A stretch of DNA of 63,498 nucleotides, filler included, from Reticulomyxa filosa (Eukaryota > Protista > Foraminifera), in NCBI GenBank assembly GCA_000512085.1. It is 25 parts of 25 records of this genome, joined end to end, with 100 filler letters (N's around TTAATTAATTAA, not from the genome) between each part and the next. Parts side by side here need not be neighbours in the genome. Positions count along the whole stretch, not along the records: positions 1 to 1,294 come from ASPP01028955.1; positions 1,395 to 3,284 come from ASPP01017582.1; positions 3,385 to 5,381 come from ASPP01028125.1; positions 5,482 to 13,412 come from ASPP01002643.1; 21 more parts are not named here. One strand, given 5' to 3'. Position 1 is the first letter of the stretch; every line of letters begins with the position of its first letter. Made by a program: the position numbers and the translations under genes. Of this stretch, positions 1 through 10,987 are shown piece by piece. The notes beneath the pieces are model-generated. The model searched no databases. It was not told where the DNA came from and was given only the letters and a program-made list of their open reading frames with translations.

Positions 1-158
1 TGTCTTTTATCACAAAACGATATCTCTGATAATATCCATACATTAAAGATTCCTTTTCTCTGTCAATCGATCTATATTCAACATCCATAAGTATTGCATA
101 TTTGTTATATTATAAAAAATAAAATATTAACGATTTATCCGAAACAGGTTGATGAAAA

Positions 159-560
159 CTAATTTGATGTACATCTTGAGGAGCATAGAGTACCATGAGA
201 ACAACCGATGCAGCTACGTAAAAAAACAAAGAGCGGGATATTGCAAAACGACAACCTTCTTCGTAGGTAGCAATAGATAAAGTCAGTAATGAAAGCCGTT
301 ATTCCAAATAGTAGCGCGAAAGTGATACAAAATTCACCTGTTCGTTTCATATAAAAATTCGTTAGGAAATATATGACTGCAAACCAAAGCATCATTCCCA
401 CCAATCTACCAATGATAAAAAATAGAGTTTTCCACAAATCATTGCAACAAATCATTTTAAAAGAAGGCCTATTTACATCCACGACAATATCCAAAATGTA
501 CTCGCAACTGATACACCATGTATTCGCTTTTCGTAGATTGGCTCGCTGAGTTTGGACATA
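159..560 (-). CDS. Exon of an unidentified membrane protein (2 hydrophobic segments, Cys-rich flanks); may be a pseudogene
   Basis: The frame is open from about 560 (YVQTQRANLRKANTWCISCEY...) through hydrophobic stretches FFIIGRLVGMMLWFAVIYFL and FCITFALLFGITAFITDFIY. No family recognised. Confidence 0.3.
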   Translation of the reverse strand, partial: YVQTQRANLRKANTWCISCEYILDIVVDVNRPSFKMICCNDLWKTLFFIIGRLVGMMLWFAVIYFLTNFYMKRTGEFCITFALLFGITAFITDFIYCYLRRRLSFCNIPLFVFLRSCIGCSHGTLCSSRCTSN

Positions 561-1153
561 TATTTTTATAAAATAAAATAAAATTAAAATCCGACCTGTT
601 ATGCCACGTCCAGAACAGATATTTCATCTTAACATATCAAAAGTTGGCCAAAGAGTGCCCGTGAGACAGATGGTAAGTCCAACAGTCTCGAGTTGGGACA
701 GTTTGCACTTCCATGGCAGTGTGATCAAAGTATATGAAAATCACACGTACAAAGGCTCTCTTTTCCACAATAACATCACGTAAAATTGTGTGTGATAAAA
801 ATTTCCAATTTGTGAATTAAACAATGTAAAGAATTCTGAACTCTTTCCGTATATACTATAAACAATGATAATTATGCATCCTTTCATTACTTTCCATAAC
901 TCTATTCCAAAATCTACTATTGATAACAAATTTGCAAACATCATTATTTTGTATGCAAGTCTTTCACTACATGTATCTTTCCAAATTGCTTTGGGTAAGA
1001 TTCTATTCTCTATTTATTTTATTAATTGCCAAGAATAGCCCAATCTCAACATTAGCAAGAATATTAGTATCATTATGGAAGATTAAAATAATATTGAAGT
1101 GAGTTTTTGACAATAAGAAACAAAATTTGATTTAAAAAGATAATAAACTGCTA

Positions 1154-1294
1154 CAGTATGTTGCAAAAAAACTGAACACCTAAAATGCCACCTTATGAAG
1201 ATGATAGATTTTCTTAATGAAAGACAAACATTTGAAGCTAATTTTTTTTTAAAAAATATCTACAAGTCTTGTAGCTTTTAAATATGATATTGAT
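1154..1294 (+). mobile_element. Tc1/mariner-type terminus, element cut by contig end
   Basis: TA|CAGTATGTTGCAAAAAAACTGAACACCTAAAATGCCACCTTAT... has the TA target plus CAGT start typical of Tc1-like TIRs. A homologous copy lies on the minus strand at 40644-40734, sharing TAAAATGCCACCTTAT..AGATGAT. Confidence 0.6.
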
Positions 1295-1394
1295 NNNNNN
1301 NNNNNNNNNNNNNNNNNNNNNNNNNNNNNNNNNNNNNNTTAATTAATTAANNNNNNNNNNNNNNNNNNNNNNNNNNNNNNNNNNNNNNNNNNNN
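1295..1394. other. Artificial contig linker (first of 24)
   Basis: 44 N + TTAATTAATTAA (stops in all six frames) + 44 N. Identical 100-bp linkers start at 1295, 3285, 5382, 13413, 26619, 28110, 29476, 31912, 33120, 35005, 36762, 38109, 40544, 41764, 43036, 44393, 46059, 47591, 50513, 55829, 57692, 58932, 60481 and 62256. Confidence 0.99.
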
Positions 1395-1430
<36 letters not shown>

Positions 1431-1991
1431 GTTTGTTGAAATCGCAGCCTAAATTTCCTCATCTTTCAAATTAAACGGTTGTTTTGATAGAGTACGATCT
1501 CTGCCGTTCCTCCTGAACAATATGCAAGAAGAATGATTGATTTCCTCAAGGACAAAATTGTGTAATTTTTGTGTTGTTTTTTTTGTTTTTTGTTGTTTTT
1601 TGACTTTGATCTTTTTTTTTCCGATTTCGTGCGAAGTGATTTGTCCGTCAACAATCAATGAAAAAAAAACTGCAGTGTACCTTGATTGAGCTTTTTTGCA
1701 TGTATATAGCATCCTTAGGATGGGATGTGGAGTGAAAGAAAAAATTAAAATAAAGTTTGTTTGTTGTGGAATTGTATCTTTCTTTTTGAGAGTGTGGCTT
1801 TGGGTGATCACACAGACTTGAATTTTTTAAAGTCGCTACACCAAAATAGTCCCTGGATTCTTTTACAAAAAATACCGACAAAGGCAAAAACCTGTTTTTT
1901 TTTTTTTGAGACTTGCAGGAAAATAACGAAAAGTCTAACAAACAATTGTATTTTTAAAAAGTATTAAATTGCTTCCCCCTTCTTCTCTCCA

Positions 1992-3284
1992 ATGGCATCA
2001 ACTTTTATATCTTCGATATTTAACATTTTGAAATCTGTTTGCCAAAGCATTTATGACAAACCTCTCTCATTCAAAAGTATATTGGCGTATGTAGGGGGCC
2101 TGGGCTTGTTGACGTGTGGTATAGCCTACTACTTGTTCCGAAGGCATCATAACCAATCTCACAATCAACGATTCCGTCGACAGTATATGGAATATGAATC
2201 AAAATTGAGTATTGAATTCGACACTCCAGAGCCTGGAAAAGTGTCATTTTGGGATTATCGGGAGAACAAAGACTTCAAACCACGCGAGTGCATTCGCGTG
2301 GTGACCTGGAACATTGAGCGTGGTTACAAGTTGCCATTGATAATAAAAGAACTCGGTCAAATTAATGCCGATGTCATTTTGTTGCAAGAAGTTGATATTG
2401 GTACTTACCAAAAAGTTTGTATCAAAGAAAGATCTTTTCACGGAGAAGGAGAGAGAGGAAGGGGAGGAAGGAAACAAATTTATGTACATACATATATGTA
2501 TATATGCATATGTATTATATGTGCACAAAGGATGTGATCGATCGAACAAAATGAACGTGGCATGCGAGATTGCATCTGCCCTAAAGATGCAAGTAATCTT
2601 TGGCGCGGATACCTGGCATATCAATGAATACCATGAAAATGATATCAACGACGCGACCAAATCACAGTCAAGTCTCAAATTCAACTCGTACCCTCCCAAT
2701 GGCTGCGAGGGAAATGCAATACTAACGCGACTCGAAATAAGCAAATTTTATCCTGTGGTTATTCCCTGTGTGCGAAACAGGCAAACTTTTGGGACACAAA
2801 ACAAACTAAATAAATAAATATATACATATATATATATATATGTATATATTTATTTATTTACTTTGTTTCAATTAATATTGAAAATAAATTAGTGCAATGC
2901 CTTCTCACGAACATATGACTCGACATACCGTTCCGGTTGCGATATTGAAAACCGATAAATTGTGTGGTGGAGAGTTAGCGGTGTACAGTGTGCATATGGA
3001 TGCGTTTGCTGGTCGTGTGGATCGCAGCACAAAGCAGTACATGGCATTATATAACGACTGCATGGAAAATCACAGCGGCGTTCGTGGGGTTGTCATTGGT
3101 GGAGATTTCAATACACACAATCACGGAGTTGTGAGGCTTTGGAAACCTTACATTGGAGATGACCCCTTCCGTTGGAAGTTCTGGGGAGTGAGTGAGGCCA
3201 CTTATTGGAACAAATTTGTATTTGGTCATGAAAAATATCTTTCAGACAGTTTTGGGCTATATCATTCATATACAAATATATATA
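1992..3284 (+). CDS. Endonuclease/exonuclease/phosphatase (EEP) family protein with N-terminal TM helix, 3' truncated
   Basis: Motifs VVTWNIERG, ADVILLQEVD(IG)CDRS, GNAILTR, VYSVHMD and VIGGDFNT. Exons 1992-2400, 2531-2780 and 2893->3284. Confidence 0.9.
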
Positions 3285-3866
3285 NNNNNNNNNNNNNNNN
3301 NNNNNNNNNNNNNNNNNNNNNNNNNNNNTTAATTAATTAANNNNNNNNNNNNNNNNNNNNNNNNNNNNNNNNNNNNNNNNNNNNCTTTTTCAATGGATTG
3401 TACTAACACTTTTTTTTATTTAATAAATGATAGTCACTATGTAAAAAAAATTATAAAAAAAAAAAGTCTTTTTGGGGTTATCACAAAATTGATTTTTCAA
3501 AAATTAGTTACTAAAGAACAAAAAACCCATAGAATTTACAAATCTCTGTTATTTTAACTTTTATACTTTTTCATTTTCACTCAAATATTCGGAAATGACA
3601 TATGTTATTTTTTTATTCTTTCGAATAAACAGAACAACAATGGAAAATAATAACATTTATTGGTTTAAACACCACAATTGGTGGGTTTTTATATTTGAAC
3701 AATTTGTCTTTTCAAAGAGTAAGCCGTTGAAATTTTTTAATATGAGACAAAATTTGAAAGTTGTTGAAGTTTCTTTGGTTTAATTAACGTAATATATGCT
3801 TACATGGAAAAAACCCATAGCCTTAGTCCCCAAAACAAAAATACTTATAAGATCCCAAAAAAAAAG

Positions 3867-5381
3867 TTAATAACCAGCAAGTTGTAACAACAACTTTTGA
3901 TAGTGTCCTCTGGTGTCATTTTCGATCCAGCTCTTAAGAGTTTTTCCTTTGCCATATCTGTCAGCAAATACTTGGGTAACATTGGCCAAATCAATTTCAC
4001 AACGACTGACAATAATTCTTTGCAAAGTGCAATCATCAGTTCCCAGTCCAGCCATTGCACTATGAAGCTGATTTCATTAAAACACATTGCATATATTTTG
4101 TTATCGCACAACATATATGATTTATCACTTTTTTTCTATTAAAAAAAAATGCAAAACTCGTTTCGCCCAATAATCATAAGGAGAAGTGACAAATTCCAAA
4201 ATGATTCTCAATCCCTTGCTGGTATCACTGTCGCTCCATTCATGTTTAATAGCGGCTTCCAAAGTAAACTTTTGAGAAATTTGTTGGAACTTGGCGGCGA
4301 CTGCGGCAATGTGTCTCCACGATCGTTGAGTAAAAATGGTGACAAAGACAGTTTTGGCATCTCCTTTCTTGTCTTGCGTCAAAGCACGATTCAAATGTTC
4401 TGCATCGGCTGCTGCTGCCTTGTCATCCACAGGGCCATTCAATGGTCGGTTGGCTTCCAATACGTTCGTGCAGAACGTCTTAAAGTGTCCCGCCGAAAAC
4501 AACTTTGACGTTTCGTCGGCAATTCGATCCACTAATGTTTTTTTTTCGAGTTTGGACCAAGCTTCCTTCAATTCTTTCAATTCTTCATTGGTTCTGTGTA
4601 CACAATTCAGGTAAAAAAAAAAAAGTTCCAAGTTTGGCTCATTTGAGAACTGCCAAAAATAAAAAAAAAGGGGGTGTGAACATTTTTTGGAATGAGTCCC
4701 CTTTTTTATTATCAAGTATTTGAGAGAGAGACCTTGTGCAAAGAATTTCCAAAAGTAAATCTGGGTTGTAGCCTCTTCCGTCCAAAGCATCTTTCATCCA
4801 CTTAGCATCAGCGGAGCCAGGTTCGGAATACAATGGCAACACGGTCTTTTTAAAGTCTCCGCCAAGCTCGCTTTCCAAGTCTTTCAACAAGCTGCGATCA
4901 CCCTTGTCTTCCACTTTGGCAAACATTTTCTTAATCTGCAAGCGTTGCTTGTGATTTCGACTGCCTGTTATTTCACATATGACACTATCATCGCATCCAA
5001 AGCCTTTCATTGCTCCTCGCAGTTTCTATTCATACAACATTTGTATTATACGTTGTTGTTTTTTTTTTTAAAAATGTTTTAATTTGTTCAAAACTTTGGC
5101 ATCTTCAAATGCATCTTCATCTGAATAAGTGGTTTTCGAGGAAATCAAAGAAGGCTTGGCATCTTCCAAAGGCTGCGACCACACAAGGCTCTTCGAACTG
5201 ATCTCCAACTTGCTCAATTTGTTGGAGACCTCGCTCACCTTTGTTTCCGTGGGTTCCACTTTGGTAATATCGCCATACACATAAAACGGATTAATTTGCT
5301 GCGTTGTGCCCAAAGAGGAAGTGGTCGTGGTGTTTGTGGTGCTTGGAGTGCCAAAAGTTAATCCATAAACCTTTTTTTTTT
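3867..5381 (-). CDS. Annexin (four repeats), 5' truncated, at least 3 introns
   Basis: Spliced sequence EDAK|KLRGAMKGFGCDDSVICEI...LESELGGDFKK; LLEILCTR|TNEEL; MAGLGTDDCTLQRIIVSRCEIDL...IENDTRGHYQKLLLQL. Intron 5026-5094 is GT-AG. Stop at 3867. Confidence 0.95.
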
Positions 5382-5481
5382 NNNNNNNNNNNNNNNNNNN
5401 NNNNNNNNNNNNNNNNNNNNNNNNNTTAATTAATTAANNNNNNNNNNNNNNNNNNNNNNNNNNNNNNNNNNNNNNNNNNNN

Positions 5482-6569
5482 CACGAAACAAACCAAGATG
5501 AGGCGAAAAGTATTTAGGTCTCTGATTTTTTGGATTTTTTTTATCTTTTGGATTTTTTTTATCTTTTGGATTTTTTTCCTTTTTTTTCTCGTCTATTATT
5601 TGCTGTTTTTCAATTTCATTATCTTTGACTTGTTTTAGTGCCTCAGGTCCAGTGGGTATTGATTTCTATTGGGTTTGTTTGTTGCTACTCTTGGTATATA
5701 TTTGTTTCTATTTGCTTGTCATTGTGTAGAACACACCTGTTCGGGAATATCTTGCTGTTGTTCTAAAGCGACATTTTCGCTAGGTATCTTTAAAATATCT
5801 CCATTATCTCTTTTTTCATTTGCTTCTACATTTGGTTTTAGCCTTGAATTTTCCAATTGTAATTGACATACTTTTTCCTACGTATACACATATATATATA
5901 TATTTATCTTATGTTTATTTTGAAGTAAAATGAAACATAAAACCAAATAAGTGTAACTTCTAGTTGTTGGATTGTCTGCTGCATAAATGCGAATTTCTTC
6001 ATAATTAAATCGAAATGTTGTTTCACATTTGAAATCAAATGTTTTTCCAGTTCATTCTCTAAACAAGAATGATCACAACCAAATTGTTGAAACCAACACT
6101 CTGACAATTTCAAAGAGCATGAGTTATTCAAATGATCGCTTAGATCTTTTATTTTGCCTTTGAAATTACATGTCGCTGTCATGTATTTAGATGGTTGTAA
6201 ATCTTGTTGGAATTGTCTTGGACACATTACAATGATATCATTAATTAGTTGTCTCACTGATTTAATTACAGAGTACTGACAACCATCGTGAGCTTGAATT
6301 GGACATGTATTATTGTTGTTGATTAGTAGTTGTTTCAAACAATTTTCTCCCGCTATCAATATTTCATTCATATCTTCGTGCTGAAGACAATTAATTTCGA
6401 CCGGATTTCTGGTAACTTGCTTGCAAACTAAACAAATAAAATGATTAATTTGCTCTTCTTTATTCAAATACAAAATCCAGTTCTTGTTAAAGCACGATTG
6501 AGAGTCAAAAGAAAATGGAGTTACTCCAGTTTGATCTTCTTTCATTTTCTCCTCCTTTAAGTCGCTCAT
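5482..6569 (-). CDS. RING-like + TRAF-type zinc finger + coiled-coil protein (Reticulomyxa-type expanded family), 3' truncated
   Basis: ICLVCKQVTRNPVEINC...GENCLKQ...CPIQAH; CPRQF...CNFKGKIKDLSDHLNNSC; CWFQQFGCDHSC...EKHL. Downstream exons read EKVCQLQLENSRLK... and KSIPTGPEALKQ...(KNPKDK)n. Likely start is MSDLKEEK at 6569. Confidence 0.85.
5526..5577. repeat. 18-bp tandem repeat (about 3 copies) encoding KNPKDK
   Basis: Unit TCTTTTGGATTTTTTTTA, in frame with the last visible exon of the RING/TRAF gene. Confidence 0.8.
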
Positions 6570-7205
6570 GCTACCGTTGTTTCTAGGCGTCAATTGATTA
6601 TTCGATTATGATAAAGCTTGTAAAAATTTTTTTAACTTGGAATTTTTGGACCTTTGGGGGAAAAAAGAAAAGCGAATCACAATTAAAATACATGATCGTG
6701 AGGTAAAATACGTAAGCACTTTTTAAGAGAAAATTACCTTTTTTTTTTCACTCGCGCAGGGTGTTGTGATTGATGCTTTTCAAAAAATGAAGCACCTACA
6801 CTACAAAAACTATCCTCTCTGCAACCAAAGTAAGTTCATCGTACCTGGTCCAAAAAGGACATAGCACTAAAACAAAAAACGAAAAAAAAACGCACAAATT
6901 GTCACGAACACAACTTTTGACAAATTTCTAAAAAAAGGAAGAAAAAAATTTTTTTAAAGAAAATTATTTTGTGTCACAAGATAGAATTACGTCGTTTCTT
7001 ACATTATTATTGAAAAATAACGAAATTAGATGAAAGGATTATAGAGCTTTTAATAAAAAGCCTATATTTGTACAAGAAAGAAATACACCCAAAAAATGCA
7101 AATTGTTGGTCCAGAATAACAGCATCGATGATTTTTATAATTTGAAAGCAAGATTTCACAAAAATAGACAATGAAACAATCCAGTGCAAGTCTTTGTGTA
7201 AAAGT

Positions 7206-8545
7206 TTAAGAAAATATGGATTGTCTGTATATTTTATTTTGAGACCAAATACGAATAACGTAATCCCAACACCCAGTAGCAATAGTGCCCCCACTTGGAG
7301 ATACTTGTAAACAAGGTACTCGAGTCGGATGCTGTAACTGATATGCTTGTTCTGTAGTGATGGTATTCCAAGCCATCACGAAATTAGGTTCTTCATACCC
7401 ACCAAAGATATAATATCCCGATGATGAAACATCTACCACACAAAATGCGTTCTGGGAATCGTATTGATAAATGGCCATTTGCTTATAAGCACGTAAATCA
7501 AATAATCTACAACTTGCATCATCTGATGCAGTAACAAACGAGCGTTTGTTTGGGAAAAATCGAACGCTATATGAAGAGAGAGAGTGTACATACATAAAAG
7601 AAATGACTTTTTGTTTTGCTTTGTTTTGTTTTGCATTGTTTTATAACCAGTTGATATCATTTTTGTGATATCCCCAAAAATTGAGAATACAACGAGTTGA
7701 CGCTCTGTGATCCCACACCTTGGCTGTTGCATCAACGGATCCGGTAATACATAAATGGCTGGATTGATCTATGCACACTGACATAATATCATCAGTATGT
7801 CCCAAAAAAGCATTCACCATTAGCTCTTTTTCAATATCCCAACATCTTGCAGATGAATCTCCAGAGGCTGTGATAATAGTATTTTCGTCAATAAATTTAC
7901 AACAACTCAAATATCCTTCATGTCCTATCAGCTCATGTTTCAGTCGATCTTTAAAGGCCAAATTTGTGTGTGTGTCCGAAACATCAAAGATACTGCAAGT
8001 ATTATCTAATCCTCCTGATGCCACAATATTTCCAGATGGAGAAAAGGCACATGACATTGTATGGCTACTTCGTAATGGAATAATACCTTTTTTTGTTGCT
8101 GTAGAAGCATCCCATATCTGCAAATATCAAATAACAGCAAAAATATCCATCGACAGAAAAATATGAAATAACATAACATAACCTTTTTCTCAGAAAAAAA
8201 AAGCAATACAAACCAACAATTTTCCATCTTGGGAAGCTGAAAGTAAATATTTGCCATCCTTTCGCCAATCAATATCACGTACCCTACCAAAATGACCTTT
8301 CAATAACTCTTTCGCTTTTAAATTGTTTTTATCTGATCCTTTGAATTGTTCACTTATTGAGTAATTTTTTAATATATCTATTATTCAAAAGTTTTAACGG
8401 TCAAATTTTTCTGCATATTTCGAAGCTAATGTGCAATTTTACAAAAGAACAGCATTCTTCTTTTCTTAACTTAGGGCTTGGCATTTTTCTTTAATCATTG
8501 CTTTCAACTCTATTATTTGCTCATGACATTCTTTCAATTCCTTGT
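7206..8545 (-). CDS. GNB: Heterotrimeric G-protein beta subunit (7 WD40), multi-exon; first exon not resolved
   Basis: N-terminal coil KELKECHEQIIELKAMIKEK; LKGHFGRVRDIDW..LLSASQDGKLL|IWDA; PLRSSHTMSCAFSPSGNIVASGGLDNTCSIF; GHEGYLSCCKF; DINC|VRFFPN..TASDDASCRLFDLRA; ATGCWDYVIRIW. Confidence 0.93.
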
Positions 8546-9400
8546 CTATATTAACTACTTGTTTTAAGAGTTGCAACATTTAAAGACGCTTTTAAATGAT
8601 GAGTTATTAATAAAGAAAGTTCAGTTGAAAAAAGGACTTTCAATTGAATAGGACCAAACCAAAGGTTTCGAAAGCCACAAATCACATTGACACTTTCAAA
8701 ATTGTGAATATGCAGTAATTTTTGAATGTCGCTTTTTACAAATGTTGGCATTTGTTGATACCTGATCCTAGCAACTGTCATATTTTGAGGATTGTGAAAT
8801 AAGATTTAATTGAATATGCGTATCTACTAACATTTTGCATTTTAACAAATGTGCACGTTTTCAAAAATAAATACAGTCAAAGCAAAAATAATTTGGTTCT
8901 TTATTTTTGTTGAAATTTGTCAAAAGAATAGTGTCGGAACAGACAAAAAAAAGAAATTTCATTAGAATCACAATTTTTTAAGCCAACATAATTACGGGAA
9001 AAAAAAATCAATACCATTATATGTATGACTTATATCACTGTTTCCTGTTTAACAGTTCTTCAAAGTTTTAAATTAAAAACTATAAGATAAGTACAATATT
9101 TTAATGAAATTGTATTATCTGTTTTGCATAGTGAGTGCCATCTAGCAAGTTTTTGTTCAAAATTTTCAATTAAGCATTCTTTGAAACAGTTTTTTTGCTT
9201 GTAGTGACTTGAGCAATATTGATGTGAATTAAATGCTCGGTGTAGCATAAGAGAATGTGTAATTAATTAAGATATTAGATGAACAAAAACATGAAGACAA
9301 TGGTTGTCAAGTCTAAAATAGTATGCAAAAAAAAAAAGAGCTTGCTTTAACACTACAAATTGTATAAACCCTGGAACGAAAGAAAAAAAAGATCATTTTT

Positions 9401-10294
9401 TTATTTAAACTTTGCAGTGGGACCATTGATTGGGTACACTGGTCCCGTTGCAAAATAGTGCTGGAGATGGGGTAATGCTTTGAAACCCTTGTAAAACCGG
9501 ATTAATTCAGGAAAGCGTTCATAGGCTTGAGGGTGAAGTTTAATTGTTTGATCAATGAACTCAAACAAAATGAAATCGGCATAACATAAATTATTTCCGC
9601 CCAACCTAGTTATTTATTCAATATCACAAAAAAAAGATCGTTATTGAAATTATACGTATACAGAACGAAGAGGGCTCAATTTACTATGGTAAATAAAAAA
9701 AAAAAGGGGTAGGATCATATAGAAAGCAATGAAAAAAAGAGTCGAACATAAAAGTTTGTTTTTTTTGTTAAGCACAAACCATGTCCGTGCGGTATGTTTT
9801 CCCTGCAGCCATGACTGGAAGAAGCTAAAGGGATCAGATAGCTGCTGGAAGAAATGATGATAAGTAGTCTCGAAGTCGGCAGAGTAACAGAGCTTTGTCC
9901 ACTGACCGACTAAGTCTTTCAACAAATCACCCATCATCTCCTCTTGCGCTTTTTCTTGACTATTTTGGCTTCCGATCTCCAACTCTCGTGCCAAATATCT
10001 GTAAATGGCGTGGGATTGGGTCAACCGCAGGTTGTTCTCGTTGTCAATTAAGTAAGGAAGATTTGGAAAGTCTAAATTCAGCTTATGCTTGACACTGGTC
10101 CATTCCTCTCGACTATATCCGGGCGGAGGACCTCTTTGATAAGTTACGTCTTCAAAGTTATCGTGGCCTCCATACACCAACATCAGTCTCGCTGGATGTC
10201 CCAGCCCTCGAAATTTCCAATATCCCAGGCTGAAGCGAGGTTTGACTGGAATAGTCGTAACATTACGACTGTAAATTCTCTGAAATTGTGACAT
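9401..10294 (-). CDS. Glutathione S-transferase, Mu-class-like, 2 exons
   Basis: LGYWKFRGLGHPARLML (catalytic Tyr), mu-loop-like GPPPGYSREEW, LDFPNLPYLID, LTQSHAIYRYLAR, TW|LGGNNLCYADF. Intron 9606-9779 is GT-AG. Confidence 0.93.
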
Positions 10295-10490
10295 ATGCTT
10301 CTATGAATATATTTGAACTTGTTGTGTCTTACCCCGATGTTTCTGTAAATTAAGTTAGTATCTAACACTCGAAAAAATTTGGATAATTTTGTTTTGTTAA
10401 CAACTTTCAAATAAAATTGTTCGCAGGCCAGTATAAAAATTGCTAACTGTTTAGTGATCGACTGGTAAATTACATATTAACTCTCACAAA

Positions 10491-10661
10491 TGATATTACG
10501 GCTATGCTCACAGTGTAGAGGCACCTTGAGCCTTTGTTGCTTTTTGCTTTCACTAAACTTTTCTTGTTTTTGTCTTTGTTTTTGGGAGCCACTTTCTTGT
10601 TTAGTTTATTTCGTTTTTTGTTGAAAATTTGGTACGAAAGTAAGTTTCTTTCGTATTGACA
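10491..10661. mobile_element. TG...CA-bounded interspersed element (LTR-like), divergent copy C
   Basis: Starts TGATATTACG, has a T-rich body and ends CTTTCGTATTGACA. The end motif is shared with 21911-22105 and 25600-25796. Perfect hairpin TACGAAAG/CTTTCGTA at 10633-10655. Confidence 0.45.
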
Positions 10662-10987
10662 CGTCTCGAAGTATGAACGCGTGCAGAAAAGCTTTTTTAT
10701 GGCAAAGCACAGTTCACATACTAAAAATTTCTTGAAACACGTTAGTGTCAGTCCTCACGGAATTATTCGTCAAGTTTTTTGTATTATGCGATTTTTTCTA
10801 CCCGGTATGTCATGGCAGTGACTCAAACGTAACACAACAAAAAAAATTTCTAAATTTCTCGTATAGAATTTTTTTAATCACCCCAGTTGCATTTTTTTGA
10901 ACTTGCAGACAAATCATGCACTTCAAATATTTTGCTTATCTGCCTTTATATCAGCTTGAAAAAAATATATATTGGTTTGATATTGTC

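Noticed and set aside
480-640. RING-CH (MARCH) ligase in contig 1
   Set aside because: Cys/His spacing is incomplete and interrupted by stops.
1339-1350. Recurrent TTAATTAATTAA as a CRISPR repeat or regulatory motif
   Set aside because: Always centred in 88 Ns. It is a synthetic six-frame-stop linker.
3867-9403. Alternative nuclear genetic code in the host
   Set aside because: Annexin, G-beta and GST end in TAA, MetAP2 in TGA and the 2TM gene in TAG. Conserved exons contain no internal stops.
10501-10533. tRNA-like GCTCACAGTGTAGAG
   Set aside because: No T-arm (GTTCRA) or cloverleaf. It is a hairpin within the TG...CA element.
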